Below, piece after piece: positions 26,628 through 41,800 of a stretch of 64,000 nucleotides of DNA. The DNA comes from Vicugna vicugna (Eukaryota), in contig MU058453.1 of assembly GCA_013265495.1 (NCBI GenBank), forward strand, positions 62,001 to 126,000, in the 5' to 3' direction. Position numbers and translations under genes: made by a program. The notes beneath the pieces are model-generated. The model searched no databases, had not been told where the DNA came from, and saw only the letters and a program-made list of their open reading frames with translations. The stretch's first letter is position 1; each line of letters opens with the position of its first letter.

Positions 26628-27169
26628 ACAGGACAATCAATTATGTTTACCACAAATTTCATGTCCCACAATGTAGAAGACATATAGTCAAAATGAGAGA
26701 TGTCCAGAAAGGAATATATATAAAAAACAATAAAAGGACATCTTATTAAAAAAATCAGTTAAATGTACTTATGATGTCTTGTCCTGCAGACGATAAGATT
26801 CACAATGTATATTACAGTGCTTATCAAATAACTGAGGTCTTAAGACTTCCGCGGTCCCAGTGGGTAGTCTCACGCATGACTTTAGGCTAAAAAGGCACAC
26901 ACTTTTCACCTCAATCTTAGGAAGAATTTTCTAGCAGCCAGAACCACCCCAAGGTGATTATTTATGTTATGGTTTACACTGGGAGTTAATGCACTTCCTA
27001 CTCCTGGGCAAACTGAGATATGAGCTTAATAAACATGTGATATGAAGCATCTAACTGAGAAAGCTTTCTAAAGCAGGTGAATCTTTTTAGATCTTTCACA
27101 GTATTAAGGCCATGTGAGTCCGAGAATGAAGATATTTCTGAATATATTTATTTGATGTCACATCAATTT

Positions 27170-27790
27170 TATCTATTCATTCATTTAATATGTTGTAGAT
27201 TTGTTTGTTTCATTTCAGACACAGTTCTAGGTCCTGATGAGAGAGTCAATAATAAGATGGGTAAAACTCCTGGCCTGCTTAAGCTGGGAAAGACAAATGA
27301 TAAACATGAACAAATACATAAAATAATTTTAAATAGTGATAAGTACTAAAAAAAAAAGAAATTAACAGTATGGGGGATAGAGAGCATTAAGGTGGAGGGA
27401 AGAAAGTTTGCTTTGGTTAAGATTATATGGAATGGGTGATCTTACACCCTCTCTGTGGAGATGATATTTAAACGAAGAACTGAATGGTCAAAAACAGTGA
27501 GCAGTGATAAAGGTGCCGGGTCAGAACAGGAAGCGAGAATATCCATTGTAAAGGTCCTGAAACAGCAGTGAGCTGTGCACACTTAAAACAAGGCCGTTAT
27601 GGCAAGAAAGAGAAGAGTCCTCGTCAAGGTCAGGGAGGCAGTAAGGAGACAGACGCGGCACAGGCTTGTGGGCCATGTGACCGAGGGTGGGCTTTATTCT
27701 AATTTCAGTGGAATATTGTTTTAAACAGGAGGTTGATATGATTTAAACTATATTTTTAAAGATAAAGTGGCTTATGTTCTGAAATAATTC
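27170..27790 (-). mobile_element. L2 fragment
   Basis: attcattcatttaat start followed by degenerate L2 motifs (gggccatgtga...gctttattctaa). Confidence 0.6.
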
Positions 27791-30700
27791 AGGAACAGAT
27801 TTGAGAGTCAGGTGTAGGGAAAGATTGAGAAGTGAAGCTAGATTTGTTTATACTTATTTATACATGCAGCCAAATCAGTAAACTTCTCCTCTGCTGGACC
27901 TCTAGATCCTGGATACACGTGCCCAGAGAATCTGCCAAGTTCAGCTTGGTGGGTATCTAAGCTTTAGTCCTAAAGCGGGGCTGTTGAAGCCCATCTGTTC
28001 TATGAGACCTTATGAAAATAAAATAAGATAATAGATGTAAAGCCCCTGTTATGATCAATGTTCAATAAACATTAGCTAGTGTTATGGGTAGTAAACTACA
28101 CGTATTTTCCATTTCCTCCTCTGGAGTAAGTATCTCAACAAATTCATTCCTTTTCTTCGTAAAGCTGAATCAAACATAGTAGGCATGTTTTAGGCAAATA
28201 CCATGCATACCAGAAAAGAATATTTCAATGGCTGTCTCATTCCTTCTCCATATGGAATATTGTTAAATAAGAATACTGAAGAAACTTACTTTATTTTTAT
28301 TCAATTAATCAAATCCACTTAATATTATACTATCTTCTTTTAAAAATAGTTTAAAGAAACAGAATTCACACACATACAGACAACCACACACACAGTGACA
28401 ATATTGTTCACAATCCTGTCTTTCACAGATACTCATTGTTAACATGTGGTTCTATATTGACTTTTGAGGCAGCCAGTTACCCAAATGCTTCATCTAGGAA
28501 AAACTGCTTTATAATGGCTACATACTTAATTGAATGACTAAATTAAAGAATTTTCTAAAATGTAATTGGAAATACCCTGACAAGAGGAAGATAAATGCTA
28601 AATATTGCCTGTCACAAATACAGACATTTTTAAAGGATGACATCTAAAATATCGTGCAGAAACGTAGGTGCTGGTCATCTCAGTTGCTGTAAAGTAGGAC
28701 AGGATAAAACAGCCAACCCAGTGCATACACAGCACTTCAGATACCGTTGTACCACCACAGCCCTGAACAGTCCGCTGTCCAACTTAGCAGCATAGCCACG
28801 CCTCACAGAGTCAGAGTCAGGTTAGGTCTCAGTTTAGTTGGCCTGAAAGAGACGTCATAACATGTCTCTCTCTCAATACTGACAAAGCTTTAACCTGAAG
28901 TGAATACTACACCAGTTAGTTGTAAATATGCTATTTTGACAGGAAGATAAGGCCTACTTGTTCATTTATTCAACCCTCCTACATATTAACATACATGATC
29001 TCATCATATGTTATTCTAATAATTAGGAAGTTTTCATTTCTTTAGATAAACATATCTGAGCTTCAGAACAGTTGAATGGTTTACTGAAAGTAACAAAAGA
29101 AGCTGCAGGCCTTGAAATCATCTTTTCCTTTATTCATGATAACACAACACGCTCTGGTATCTTGTACGAGAAACAATGGGCACAGAGCGCACATTCTCCT
29201 TTAGACTAAAGAATGTGTTCTGCTTGCACCCACACTGCTAGAACAGCACTTAGCCATGTCCCTCCCCACCCAGCCTTCTCCCACAGAAAACGTGTTCAGT
29301 GCTTCTGTGATCCAAAAGCTGCCCTTCTTACCAAAACTTCAACATACTAGGTCAGAGTTCAGAAAACACTCAAAATTTTCGGTTTTTGCCATTTTTATAT
29401 TGTCTAGTGTTCTTTATACATATTCTCTACTTAAGTGCAAGTTATGTTGAATGCAAGAACCAACTTGTTTATTCTTTCTTTCTGAAAATGTCTCTGCTTT
29501 TCTCCTATCTTCTCACCCTAAGTTCCTCTCTGTGCAGTGTTTGTGTTGCCCTTACCTGATGGTCAGTCCAGTAGGGCTGGAGCAGAATGTAGGAGGAAGG
29601 AAAGATTAAGTGTTCGAAGCCTTTCGAAAGGAAAGCACTAAGGTCAAGGAGAAGGATGTGTGCACAAATCATCATCAGACATGGGTTGTACAGAATCAGT
29701 GTCTAATCTTAAAGTAATTGTTTGGAGCTGTGATTTGTGATAAACCAGAAATCAGTGAGGATGGAAGTGGAGTTCTCTTGATCAATTTTAGACGTTAGTC
29801 TAATAAATCTCAGAGGATTTAAACATAACTTCAATATATGTTTCCTTGGGCTTGTGGCATCATTTAAGGGGCCTAGAGATAACAAGTTGGCACAGAATAT
29901 ATGTTTAAAAAGCACATAATGGGAAACCAAGCACGATCTATCCTTCACAGCCACGTATTTCATCACCGGACATGCAAAGGCTTACTGGCGTTTGCCCACC
30001 TTTTAGATAATGGAGCTTCTCCCACTTCTTAAATGATGGAAATTTTGCCTTCTCCAGCATTCTTCTAACATTATGTTCCTCTGCTCTTTTGGTGTCTGAT
30101 GTCTCTCCTCAATCATCTATTATGCCTTCTATTTAAGCCATTAAATCCTTATTGTGTAATGGTCCTGGATACTTCTTTTGAGCTCTCATCCACCCATGAT
30201 CCTTCTTGCCCTTGGTCTTTCTCCAATTCCTTCTCTCCTACTGACATCCAGTCCTTTTAACCTACCTGGTTCCTTGGCGCAAAGAATGAAAATTAACCCA
30301 ATGTACGTTGGGCAACTAGAGGTCACCATCACATTTCAGTCTGACCATACGTTCACAATCATTTAAGCCTCATGGACATTGGGGTATGATCACTTTCAAA
30401 AATTTTTAATAATTTTCTCTCAGGAAAAACATTACAATGAATCACTTTTTCACGTCTGGGTTTTGTTTGCAGGTAGTTTTCTGTCACTTTTGAGCATTAA
30501 TCAAAAGATAAAATAGAGATGGGTTTGCTCTACTTAGAATCAAGGAATAGTTTTAAAACCATCTGATACCGCATTCAAAGAGCCACATCTCCCAGTAAAT
30601 TATTCCCCTTCCTTTAAAGGTTCCTTTGTCATAAGTCAAGCAGCAGCGGCAAAACTGACTGCAACCAAAACTGTGACAACAAAACAGTCTTTTAACTGGT

Positions 30701-31846
30701 CCTTCCACTTCCTTCCTCAAACCTCCTCTCACAAACTCCCCCGCCCTATCCCTGCCAAGGCTGCCATTATGCAGAGCTTCTGTTTACAAGACATTAGCAT
30801 TTCCAGGCTTCTCATGCAGTAGGTGCAGGCCCCTTAGGGCGGCACCGCAGTTTGCCATTATGAGATCTAAGGCCCTTCACATACTTCATCCTGGTCATGT
30901 TAGGTAACTGTACCAACTATTATGTTGGGCTTCTGTGCTTTCAATCACTCCTCTATATCTGAGCAGGGCTCTGCCCCAAACACCTGTCCTCTTCTCTGCC
31001 CACCCAGATCCTCCCCATCTTTCACAGTTCAGTGGAGGCTTCATCACCTCTACAAAGTCCTTCTGTTTGCCTAGAGGTGTTGTCCATTGTTTCCTTTGTG
31101 TCCTCAGTCTAATGTCCATAGCATATTTCTCCTGTAGTACACATTATACTGTAACTTTTAGCTTCCATGGCAGTTCTCCTTAGACTGTAAGCTTCCTGAG
31201 AGCAGGTGGTGTGTCAGAAGTAACTTTGACCACAGCATTGACTACTGTACTTAAAACATTTAATAAACTCAATAGAAGTTTGTAGAATGAAGGTAGGACA
31301 GATAAAAAATAAATTTTGACAGAAAAAAGTATATGGAAATTAAGTGGACATTAAGAAAATGTGTCAAAAATCAACAGAGGAAGCTTTGCCATGAAACTAG
31401 TACCCTTGTCCCCAGCACAGCCCCTGAGAGTGGGGAGAATTGCAGGAGTCACCAGGTATTCTAGGAGGGCAAGAATGACACAGTGCAGCCGGCAAGTCCT
31501 TTGATGTATTTATGGTAGACTGCCAATGGGATCAGAAGCTCAAAAGCTGCACTAATTCTCTGTAACTTATTTTGCTTTAAACAGATTCTCATTTTCGACA
31601 TGAATTTCACATTCAAAAATTGTTTGTCCTTTCTCTTAAGAAGAATCCCCCAATTTTATAAGCATCCAACTTCACAAAAAACTCCTTCTCCTCCTGCTAA
31701 TCAGACAGGAAAACATTAAAATGAGACTGAGATAAGCCAATAGGAAAGTTTCAGTCATCTGTCCACAAATTTCTCCTCAGTACAGAAATGGCATCCTGAC
31801 CTCAACAAGATAACACTGTTGACCTCAATGTTCATAGGAGGAAGAT

Positions 31847-32400
31847 ACACAATAGCCAGGACATGGAAGTAACCTAACTGTCCAGCGACAGATGGCTGGA
31901 TAAAGAAGCTGTGGTATATTTATGAAATGGAATACTATTCAGCCATAAAAATGACAACATAATGCCCTTTGCAGCAACATGGATGTCCCTGGAGAATGTC
32001 ATTCTGAGTGAAGTAAGCCAGAAAGAGAAAGAAAAAAACCATATGATATCACTCATATGTAGACTCTTAAAAAAAAAAGATGAAGAAGACACGTGATTTT
32101 AAATATAAAACAGAAACAGAGTCACAGACATAGAATACAAATTTGTGGTGGCCAGAGGGAGGTGGAGGGAAGGGACAGACTGGGATTTCGAGATTTATAG
32201 ATACTGACAGGTATATATAGGGTAGATAAACAAGTCTATACTATACAGCACAGGGAAATATATTCAAGATCTTGTAGTAGCTCACAGTGAAAAAGAATAT
32301 GAAAATGAATATATGTATATTTACGTATGACTGAAGAATTGTGCTGCACACCAGAAATTGACACAACATTGTAAACTGACTATAACTCAGTTGAAAGAAA
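31847..32400 (+). mobile_element. 5'-truncated L1 (ORF2 end plus 3'UTR), camelid-type
   Basis: aatggaatactattcagccataaaaa...tttgcagcaacatggatg...gaagtaagccagaaagagaaagaaaa, ending at aattgacacaacattgtaaactgactataactca. Confidence 0.92.
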
Positions 32401-33404
32401 ACATAACGTTGATATAAAGCACGCTGTGCAGGCTGAGACAGTTCAGTTCAGAACCTGGGTATGTGTTATGAGTTAGCTTCATATAATGTCTTTGCTTGCT
32501 ATACTCATTCTTACCTTGTTTAATTTAATTTTATCTTTAAATATCCATCTTCCTAATAACCTGTCCTAAGGGAAAGGCCATTTGCCATTCATGTTTATAT
32601 TCAAGAGCAATTTCTTGGCAAAACTAAGTGAAAAATCGAGTTTTCTGGAATGGAGATCCCTGGAGAGGGATGGAAACGCACCAGAAGAGCAGCCTTGCTC
32701 ATGTAAAATCTTTACCACATCAAACCTTCACTAGAGTCTGAAAGCACATAAAATGCTTTTCAGGAATAATTTCATTTTAAATAATAATAATACAAAGAAC
32801 AGTATCTCACATCTGTGTGAAATATTCCCCAGGAGAATGGTAAATTGACCCATCATAGAACTAATTCAGTGGAATTAGGAGATTAGAGATCAAGACATAT
32901 AGAAAGGAAGAGAGAAGGAGGGGAAGGAGGAGGAGGAATGCAGGAGAAGCTGCCAGTCTTCATTTCTAGAAACTCTATAGATTATCAGGGATTCAGGGAT
33001 CTGTCTGTATGATAGGTTTTAAATCTACAAGGATACAGAATCTCAGCAGACAGCTATGACAAATTTATAACAGAGTCAATTCACATTTGATGTGACAGTA
33101 TATGTTTGCAAAATCCAAAGATTTGGGACAATGGTTTAGAGTACGTGACTTTAAAGAAAGCACATCAGCTCACTTATCAGGGTGGTGAAGACACAAGAAT
33201 ATCATGTTACACTGCCATTGTGGCTTTATCTATGTGACTACATCAGACTAGGGACTTCCTCAGTAAAGGGTATGATTCTGAAATAAAGTTTTATATTTCC
33301 ATTTCCTCAGATATCATATTTGCTTTTTGAAATTTACTAACCTTGAATTGATAATATCCTAATTCTTAAAGGTTAATTCTTAAAGTAATGAAGTTAGTCA
33401 TACC

Positions 33405-33840
33405 TATCAGGTCAATTATCCATTACTTTCACAAAATACCCTGAGGATTAAGTGGTTAGAACAACTACCTTTTAATGCAGTTTATAATTTTGTAGGGAAG
33501 CAACTGATACAGGGTGGGCAATTATTGGGCTCCGTATGACGTCAACAAGGGTCAGCTGGTTGTACCCAGTTGATGTCTAGGGGAGTCTGACGGGTCCAAG
33601 GCAGCTTCACACACACGTGCGGGATCTTAGCAAGGCTGAAAGGCTCAATTCCATTAAGCTTCTCTTTCTCTCTCTCTGTAGCCTCAAGGCTCCTCTCCCA
33701 TGAAGTCTTTTTAAGATAGCTTGGACACACACTATAGCTTACAGCTCTTACAGTGAGGATTCTGAAAGATAAAGACGTGGAAACTACATCTCTTCAGGCC
33801 TTGGCCCAGAAATTGGTACGCTTCTGCCATATTTTACTGA
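33405..33840 (-). mobile_element. MaLR (MLT1) LTR, degenerate
   Basis: Antisense MLT1-like layout (aagtggttagaacaac...gggtccaaggcagcttcacacacacgtg...cttctgccatatttta). Confidence 0.5.
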
Positions 33841-36800
33841 TAATAATTATTAGTTTTGTAATGATGATATTTTAATAAATTTTATTATTCCATTCTACAG
33901 TAATTGGTTGAAGGAGGCCTGTCTATGTATAAAAACAAATTAGTTCTTTATCGGCTTACTAATCCATCTAACTCAGGCAGCACACGATCTTTTGAAAACT
34001 GCTCTCTTGTTCTTTGAAAAAATAAAATACTGAAACACGTATAGGAAATGAAAGTTGACACCTCTGCAACTCTTTGTTTGGATTTGGAGTTGCATAGGGA
34101 AAAATAAAGTACGTTTTCTTTTCTCAGGTAAAAGCTGAAGAATATGAATTATGTTGATTCAAAATAGACATGTCATTTCTAACCTTCCAGTCTTGGCAGT
34201 CTGAAAAACAAACTCAGCTAGTCACAAACACCCTCTTAACTGTACGAGTGCTCCACCTTAGCCTTGTATCCCCTCAGGTAACTCTCTGTGCTGATTTGTG
34301 CTGGTTGGACGTCTCCTTTGTGTGCTGGGGTTTCAGTGACCCTTTTATACTTCTACAACAGATGCTGGGTACACTCTAGTCAGGGACCTGGTTAACTGCT
34401 TCTCTGATGGAGAGACCAGCCTTGGTTGCAAGGGGTTTAAAAAGATTCAGGAAATCAACAACAGGTAAATTAAGGAGAAGATCAGAGACTTCCCCGCTGG
34501 GGAAAAAAAAATGTAAATGTTAAAAGCTTGATCTCATCCTCAGGCTCATGCATATTTCTAAAATATTTTTAGGATTTGTCAAATGCAAATGCAAAGCTGC
34601 TCAAATTTGGTATTAGTGACTTTGGGGTTTATGCTGAAACCCCAAAGAGACAGAACTGACTGCCAAGTATGGATATAGAAGTATTGACAAAACAGAAGGC
34701 TTCACAGTGAGGACGTCCTCTCACAGGGCTCCACGCACGGGCCTGTAATCACAGCTGCAGCCTCTGCGTGCCACATCTCTGCTCCCCTGGCCTGTTGGGC
34801 TTGATTTCACCTTCTGCCCCTCCCAACACTGAGAAAAACAGCAGAGAGAAGGGAAGGCGCCAATTAACTGATGCATGTGGGAATACGTTACCTGAAATAA
34901 ATAATCTTTGGGGACGAGGAGGAGGGCAGTGCCATCATAAGATGAGCAGTTAAGCTCTATCAGAGATTCAGAAAGAACAAGTACCCTCTGCTTCACCCCT
35001 CTCATTGAATCCCATGTCAGCGCTGCACGAAGGTGGCAGCTCCTCTCATAAGGCAGTAAGTAAGGAAGCCGTGTCCTTTAGTTCATTGTGACGTCTGTCA
35101 AACCAGAAAATATGCTGGCCACCATGATGGAGTCATCGTTATCATAACCTGCTGAAGAGGCTAAAATACTGGTATTTTGCTGTATTTATGCGACCCAATC
35201 AGTGCTTTACAGGAGGTGGTAATGGTGATATGGAACAGCTTTCTCCACAGTAGGGTCTGTTTACTCTTGTGGCTGAATTAGACAACTGTTTGGGATCCTA
35301 GCTGGAAATATCAGCACTTTTAATTACACTTAGCTTTAATTCATACTTTTAAAGTCTTGTGTATTTTCATAAGGGATATTATATTTTTATAGAGTCATGC
35401 ACATACATACTTTATGAAAAATAGATCAGTGCAATGGAAGTGAATGATCCATTTTCTTTAACCCACGGTGCTATATGGTATAAAAAGTTTGGCAAGCATT
35501 AGCCGCAAAGAGTGGAATTATTCTAAAGAGTCAGCGTGGCTGTTTTGATTCTAATAAGAATTCCGCGAGGAGCAGCAGGACAGGAAGCACACGAGCTTTG
35601 AAATCAGCCAGCCTTGAGTGAGCATCCCATTTCCATCTTTTTAAAAGTAATGTGATCTTAAGTTGGTTATTAACATTATCTACAAAATCAGGATAAAGCA
35701 ACAAGCTTCAAAGGGATATTCTCAGGATAAAATAAGATAAAATGAATGAAATCACTGAGTACAAAGCTGGATGCGCGAGGCCCATCAGCGTTAGCTGTGC
35801 GCTCTCCCCTCTCCTAGTCTCCTTGACAGTTGCCTTTGGCCACTCCAGTGCTATTCTGTATTTATGGCTACATTCCATTGTTTTTCTTGAGCCTCTGTCA
35901 CTACTAAATGTAGACATTCTGTAGGTGTATTTTCTTAGTTATTTTATGTGTAATCCATAATATATATATTACTTTACTATGAAGAAAAATTTAATATTTC
36001 AGAACAATTAATGTTGGATGAGGTAGGAAAAAAGAGTCTTCTCTTGACCATCATTTCTTCACTAACTCTCACCTGTTCCGCTCACCCAGCATCCCCTCCC
36101 CACTTAGGAAGGAGCATTCCCCTCCACCTGTAAAGCATGTTTGCAGTATTGGACTCTGCTCTCTTCATTCCTCAGTTTCCCCTTCTCTCTGGTAGGAATC
36201 CATTGCCTTACTCCATTTTTGTCTCACGTTGTAACAGGATTCAGATCAACTTCAGCTCCGAAGTCCTCTCTCACTGGGGCTGATGTTTTGTCTCAGTTAC
36301 CCTACCTCAAGTCTTATCTTGTAAATTTTCTCTCTTTGTGTAGACACTAGAACAGAACCCCTCTTTCACCACAGCATTTTGCTCTCCTCTTATTTATTTT
36401 CCTTTTCCCACATTCTTTGATCCTTCCACATATTCCCCCAGAAGCCCACCAAACCAGTAGCAACAGCAAATATCACTGCTCAGTTTTGAAGTATGGCTCC
36501 AAAGATTTAAATTTGAGCTACAACATACAATTATTTTCTTGTTTCCTGCACACTGTTTTTATTATCTCATTATTATTGCTGGCAAAATAAACATGTGAGC
36601 CCTACAAAAAGACATATAAGTAAAAAAGCAAGGTCAATGACTGATTCTAACGGGTACTTTATGAAATTATAATTAAAAAGCCCAAATGGAGAAGATAAGA
36701 CAGAGGAAATAGACAAAGATGTACTGTAATTGAACCAGAAAGCCTAGAGATCCATGAGAAGGACACACCCAGAGTATTACGTGGGAAGAACATTTTGCCA

Positions 36801-37956
36801 CTTTCAGAAGCAAGGGGGAAATACCATTTGATTCCCAAATCAGAGCTATGGTAACCTCATGCAGATAGAGCTGCAATTAGTTACTTCATTGTTGTAACAA
36901 TATACTGCCCTGATGGGAAACAGTCAAGTAATTGACTCAAGTTAATTGTTACTACTCTCAAGGCCTCTTTTTCTAACCCTGTACATGAAGACATTTTAAA
37001 CAGTAGAGTTAAAATAATTATCCAAGTATTTTCATGAATAAAATCTTCACTGATGTGCACTTATTTGGAGGAGCTAAATTGTCCAATTTTAGCTATAAAT
37101 ATTGATCAGATTCACCCAAACCTGCTTCTATTTTATATTCTGCTATTGAATAGCTGAACACAACACTGCCTGTCCTTTTCAAGCTTCCGAATTCTAACAG
37201 TCAGCAATGGTCCAGCCCCAGAAGTGACTGGGTGCAGTGAGCGGTGAAGGATTTCAGGGTCGGTGGGGGAGTATGGGATGAGCCCTTATATAGAGTTTTC
37301 CTCCTGTCAGTTAGGCCCCCTACCTCAGAAACATGTTTATCCTCATCAGGAATGATGCTAATAAAAGAGCACAACAATATGGCGATCCTAATGGCATAGA
37401 TTTGAAACTACTCTAATGGAATATATCTACCTTCACAATGTAGCTTGATGGTTAAGGACAAGGCTCAGGAGAGAGACTGTGGGCCTTGTCAGCTCTGTGA
37501 CACAGAGTTTTTGTGAGGGTTAAGTGAGTTCATATAGTAAAACACTTAGAACAATGTAATCAATGTTCAGAAATTATTTGCTGCTATTTTTATTCCATCC
37601 TATAATAAAGAGAGCACTATTTATAGGAGATTTCTGTCTGGAATGCAGGAAAAGCTACCACAGACCCTGAGTTGGTATAATGATATTGGGGATGATTCAA
37701 GATAAACGGTACGCTGTAAGAACATTGAGTTCAGATAGGTTATGCATAGAATGGTGAGCATTCTCCAAATAATCTCAGGACCTATTAACAGGACTAGAAA
37801 ATAATACTTTAAAATCAGATTAACATTATGCTAAATCATCCCTCAATAAAAAAAGCTTGGAAGATTGTAATGGGACTATGGCATTTCTATGTCCATCTTG
37901 CAGAGACCAGATGCCTTGGAGACATCTATGAGGAATAGAATAAAGGCAGACTACGG

Positions 37957-38365
37957 CCATTTGCAGCAACATGGATGCTTCTGAAGAATGTCATTCTAAG
38001 TGAAGTAAGCCAGAAAGAGAAAGAAAAATACCATATGAGATTGCTCATATGTGGAATCTGAAAAAAAAAAGGAACATAAATACTAAACAGAAACAGACTC
38101 ATAGACATAGAATACAAACTTGTGGTTGCCAAGGGGAGGGGGGTGGGAAGGGACAGACTGGGATTTCAAAATGTAGAATAAATAAACAAGATTATACTGT
38201 ATAGCACAGGGAAATATATACAAGATCTTATGGTAGCTCACAGAGAAAAAATGTGACAATGAATATATACATGTTCATGTATAACTGAAAAATTGTGCTT
38301 TACACTGGAATTTGACACAACATTGTAAAATGATTATAAATCAATTAAAAAATGTTAAAAAATAA
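37957..38365 (+). mobile_element. 5'-truncated L1, young camelid-type
   Basis: gccatttgcagcaacatggatg... through tttgacacaacattgtaaaatgattataaatcaattaaaaaatgttaaaaa. Confidence 0.92.
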
Positions 38366-38374
38366 ACATTTTGA

Positions 38375-38577
38375 TTAGCCATTATATATAAAAATAGATT
38401 TAGGAAAAGTTTCTGCTGTATAGCACAGGGAACTATGTTCAATATCTTGTAATAACCTTTAATGAACAAGAATATGAAAAAGAATATATATATATGTATG
38501 TATGTATATGCATGACTGGGACACTGTACACCAGAAATTGATGCATTGTAACTGACTAATTCAATTTAAAAAAAAAG
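38375..38577 (+). mobile_element. Second L1 3'UTR fragment (different subfamily) adjoining the previous one
   Basis: ctgtatagcacagggaactatgttcaatatcttgtaataacc...cattgtaactgact followed by an A-tract. Confidence 0.8.
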
Positions 38578-38685
38578 TACAGAAAACTGCTAATTACCTT
38601 CAAAATGTACTCTATAAATAAGGTTCCCTAGAGTATAGAGGTAAGAAAAGGTCAAAATAAATACTTGATCTAAATAGTTAAAAAG

Positions 38686-38834
38686 AGCAACATTTTGAAA
38701 CATCATCAAGTGATATCTGTACCACCACAGTGAGTTTGTCTTAGCTAATCATGTAAAGCAACATTTTGAAACATTTGAAACATCATCAAGTGATATGTGT
38801 ACCACCACAGTGAGTTTGTCTTAGCTAATCATGT
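38686..38834. repeat. Local tandem duplication of ~70 bp
   Basis: agcaacattttgaaacatcatcaagtgatat(c/g)tgtaccaccacagtgagtttgtcttagctaatcatgt occurs twice. The second copy has an extra tttgaaaca. Confidence 0.95.
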
Positions 38835-41800
38835 CTCCCCCGTGAAACATTTGATTTTCAGTTAAGATACTGCTTATCGCTCATTTGGGTAGCTAAAATA
38901 GCCCCCTCATCTAGGCTATCACCGCTTCTGAATGAGCTTTTAGAATGACCAGTTCTTCTCCAGAGTCTTCCAGGATAATCTGCCACCCAGCCTGACATAA
39001 CACTGGATTCTGGAGCTACTGCTTTGTCTAGGTCTTAGCCGTCCTGTGAAGTGTGGGCTGCAGTGGCTGTAGGACCAGCTCTGAATGATTGTCCCTTGTC
39101 CTATAGTTACAGAGAGAAAGAGTCTTCTCATGGCCTAGACATGCATGTCCAAGGTGATAGTCAATAGCCTCATGTTTCTATTTAAATTTGTTTCCATGAA
39201 TTTAAATTAAATAAAAATTAAAATGCATTTCTCAGTTGTACTAACTACACTTTAGCACTGACTACTCTTTCTATTCTTACATTTGTTCATGTAATTTCCT
39301 TCTCAAATTGTCAAATTCGTCTTGGTGACTTTTTGTGTGCTGTTATTTGTAACTTTATGAATGTGTGTCAATGAGTGTTATTTCCACCTGTGAAAGAATG
39401 GAAGAATTATGCTTCTATAAGGATTACTGGGATCCAGAGGGAAATATTTGGTTATTTTATTCATATTTTATGTCATGTACAGAATGAAACTCTTTCTCAC
39501 GCCTACTACGTATTTGGATACACTGTGGCTCCTCAAAGCTCCACTAAATAATTTAAGATTCCATCACTATATTAAATGACCTATTTAAAATTTCAAACCA
39601 TTTCCCTTAATTATCCCTCTTATAGGTTCATAAGATTTCATTCACCATGCTTAATTTTAATATCTTGTCCTTCCCATATCTCTTATTATTGTTGTTATCA
39701 AGAGAATCCATGGGCTGTAAGACTTCAGGGAATAGTACGTTCAAAATATGCCGAGCAACTGTCCCTCCCTAAATTCTGATGATAAAAGGCATCCTAGAGG
39801 AAGGGTTGCATTAAATGTTCAGATGATACTCTGCTTGCCAAAGAGAACCAGCTGTTTATACTCGGCGGCATACTGCAACAGAATTATCTCATTTGCAAAT
39901 CTTGGGATGTGGAGATACAGATAAATGTTAGTAAGACCAACTAGCAAGTGTAGAATGAGCTGTATTCTTAGTATTTGAAGAAAGACTTCATATTTCATAT
40001 TTGTGCATATGGAGCTTTGAAAACTTATTCATAAACATGCCATCTGAGCAACATGGCACAGAAGGCATTTTTAATATGGCCAAAGCTGTGTTAAGATACT
40101 TCCTTACATAATGTTATCCAAACAAATATTCTAACCTTCCACTTGTATAAAATGTTAATGAGAAAGTTGTTTAGCAGTGGAAACAAATGAGTGATGTGTT
40201 TTCATAATAAAGTGAGTATTTTCTGCCAATCAAGTGTCATGGATAAAGATAATATTACTCCTCTTTAGATACAAAATCTCTCCCATCAATAGGCAAGAAC
40301 ACATTAGGATGTCTTTGGTTCATTTGGTTCACACACTCACATCTTACCCTTCACAAAATAGTAAGTTTGGCATTCAAAAGGGGAAAATATACATAAGAGA
40401 TTTATTTATGGGTCTGCAAACACGTGTCAGGAATTCAAAGGATTGGGTGGTAACAAATTTTGAAAACACTAGATTCTGTTTTAGCCTAAGCAATTTTTTT
40501 CTGCTTCAGAGAAAAAAACTTTCATTTACGGTTAAAAAAAAGTTACATTTCTTTGAATGGGAAAAAATTTAGCCTTCACTGCTAATAGCTAAGCAAGGTA
40601 AATCTGTTCTTTTCCCTTTAATTGAAGAGAACCCATTCCTGATCTGTTAATTCAGTCTTCTCCCTGTGGCTAGAATGCTCTTTTAGAAATACAAATCTAA
40701 TCACATGCAATTCTTAATTAAAACCCTACAATGGCTTCCATTGTCCACAGGAGAAACATCCAAACCTTTAACCTTTAACCTTTAACATGGTCTACAAAGT
40801 ACTGCTTGATTGATCTTTCCTGCCTCTCAACCCATATCATGTTGCCACAGGGTCTCACAGGGTGCCTGCTACACAGAGGCACTACAGGAATATGGGATGA
40901 AGGGATAAGCCAACATCACATTTTTTTCTCAGACAGGAAGCATCCAGAGACAAGAGATGGGTGAGATATATACCTGTACCTGAGCATCATCTGTAAAATA
41001 AGAACCCCTTCATCCCCTCATTCTGTATCTCCTTATCCTGTTTCATTTTCCTTACAGCATAAGTGATACCTGACATGCATTCATTTCTGCACATAAACTC
41101 CATAATGGCAAAGATATTGTCTGGTCCATTCACTGCTATATCCCCTAATGACTTAAAATGAATTTGAGATAAATTTATGTTAGATTAATGAATGAAGGAA
41201 AAACTCTGCTCCCTCAGCACTCACTTCAGCCATCTGTTAAATGGCCAGAAAGCTTTTCCAAGGCCACTCTACCTTCAGTCATTTACCATTCTCTTCCCCA
41301 ACCACCATTCTCCTCTCCAAATTACCTTCTGAGAGATTCATTTATTTATCTATTGCAAAAGTCATTTTGTTCTTTTCTCACTTAAAAGATTTTGTTGGCA
41401 CTCCTTGCTTCTAGAAAAAGTTCAGAATACTTAGCACAGCTGCAGGATGTGCCCCTGGTTTACATCGCCAACACAATGGCGCCCACCTCCACCCCACATC
41501 TTGTAGGTTACAGCCAGGCCGACCATCTCTCAGTTCTTCAGGTCCACCACACGCTCCCTCACTCACTGGTGGGTCTTCTCATAAACTGATTCCTCTGGCG
41601 AGGACACTCTTCCTCCCCATGAATGCTTTTTCATCTGGATAAATTCTTAGTTTTCTTGCAGGTTTGTGCTTTAGAAGTAACCCTCCGGGAAGGCTTTTCC
41701 AGACCTCAAGTGCGGGGAGGTCTTCCACCAGTGCTTTCAACTTTCCCCAGCGCTTTCAACTTTCCATATCCCATTGTTCTTACCCTCCCATAACTTGATT

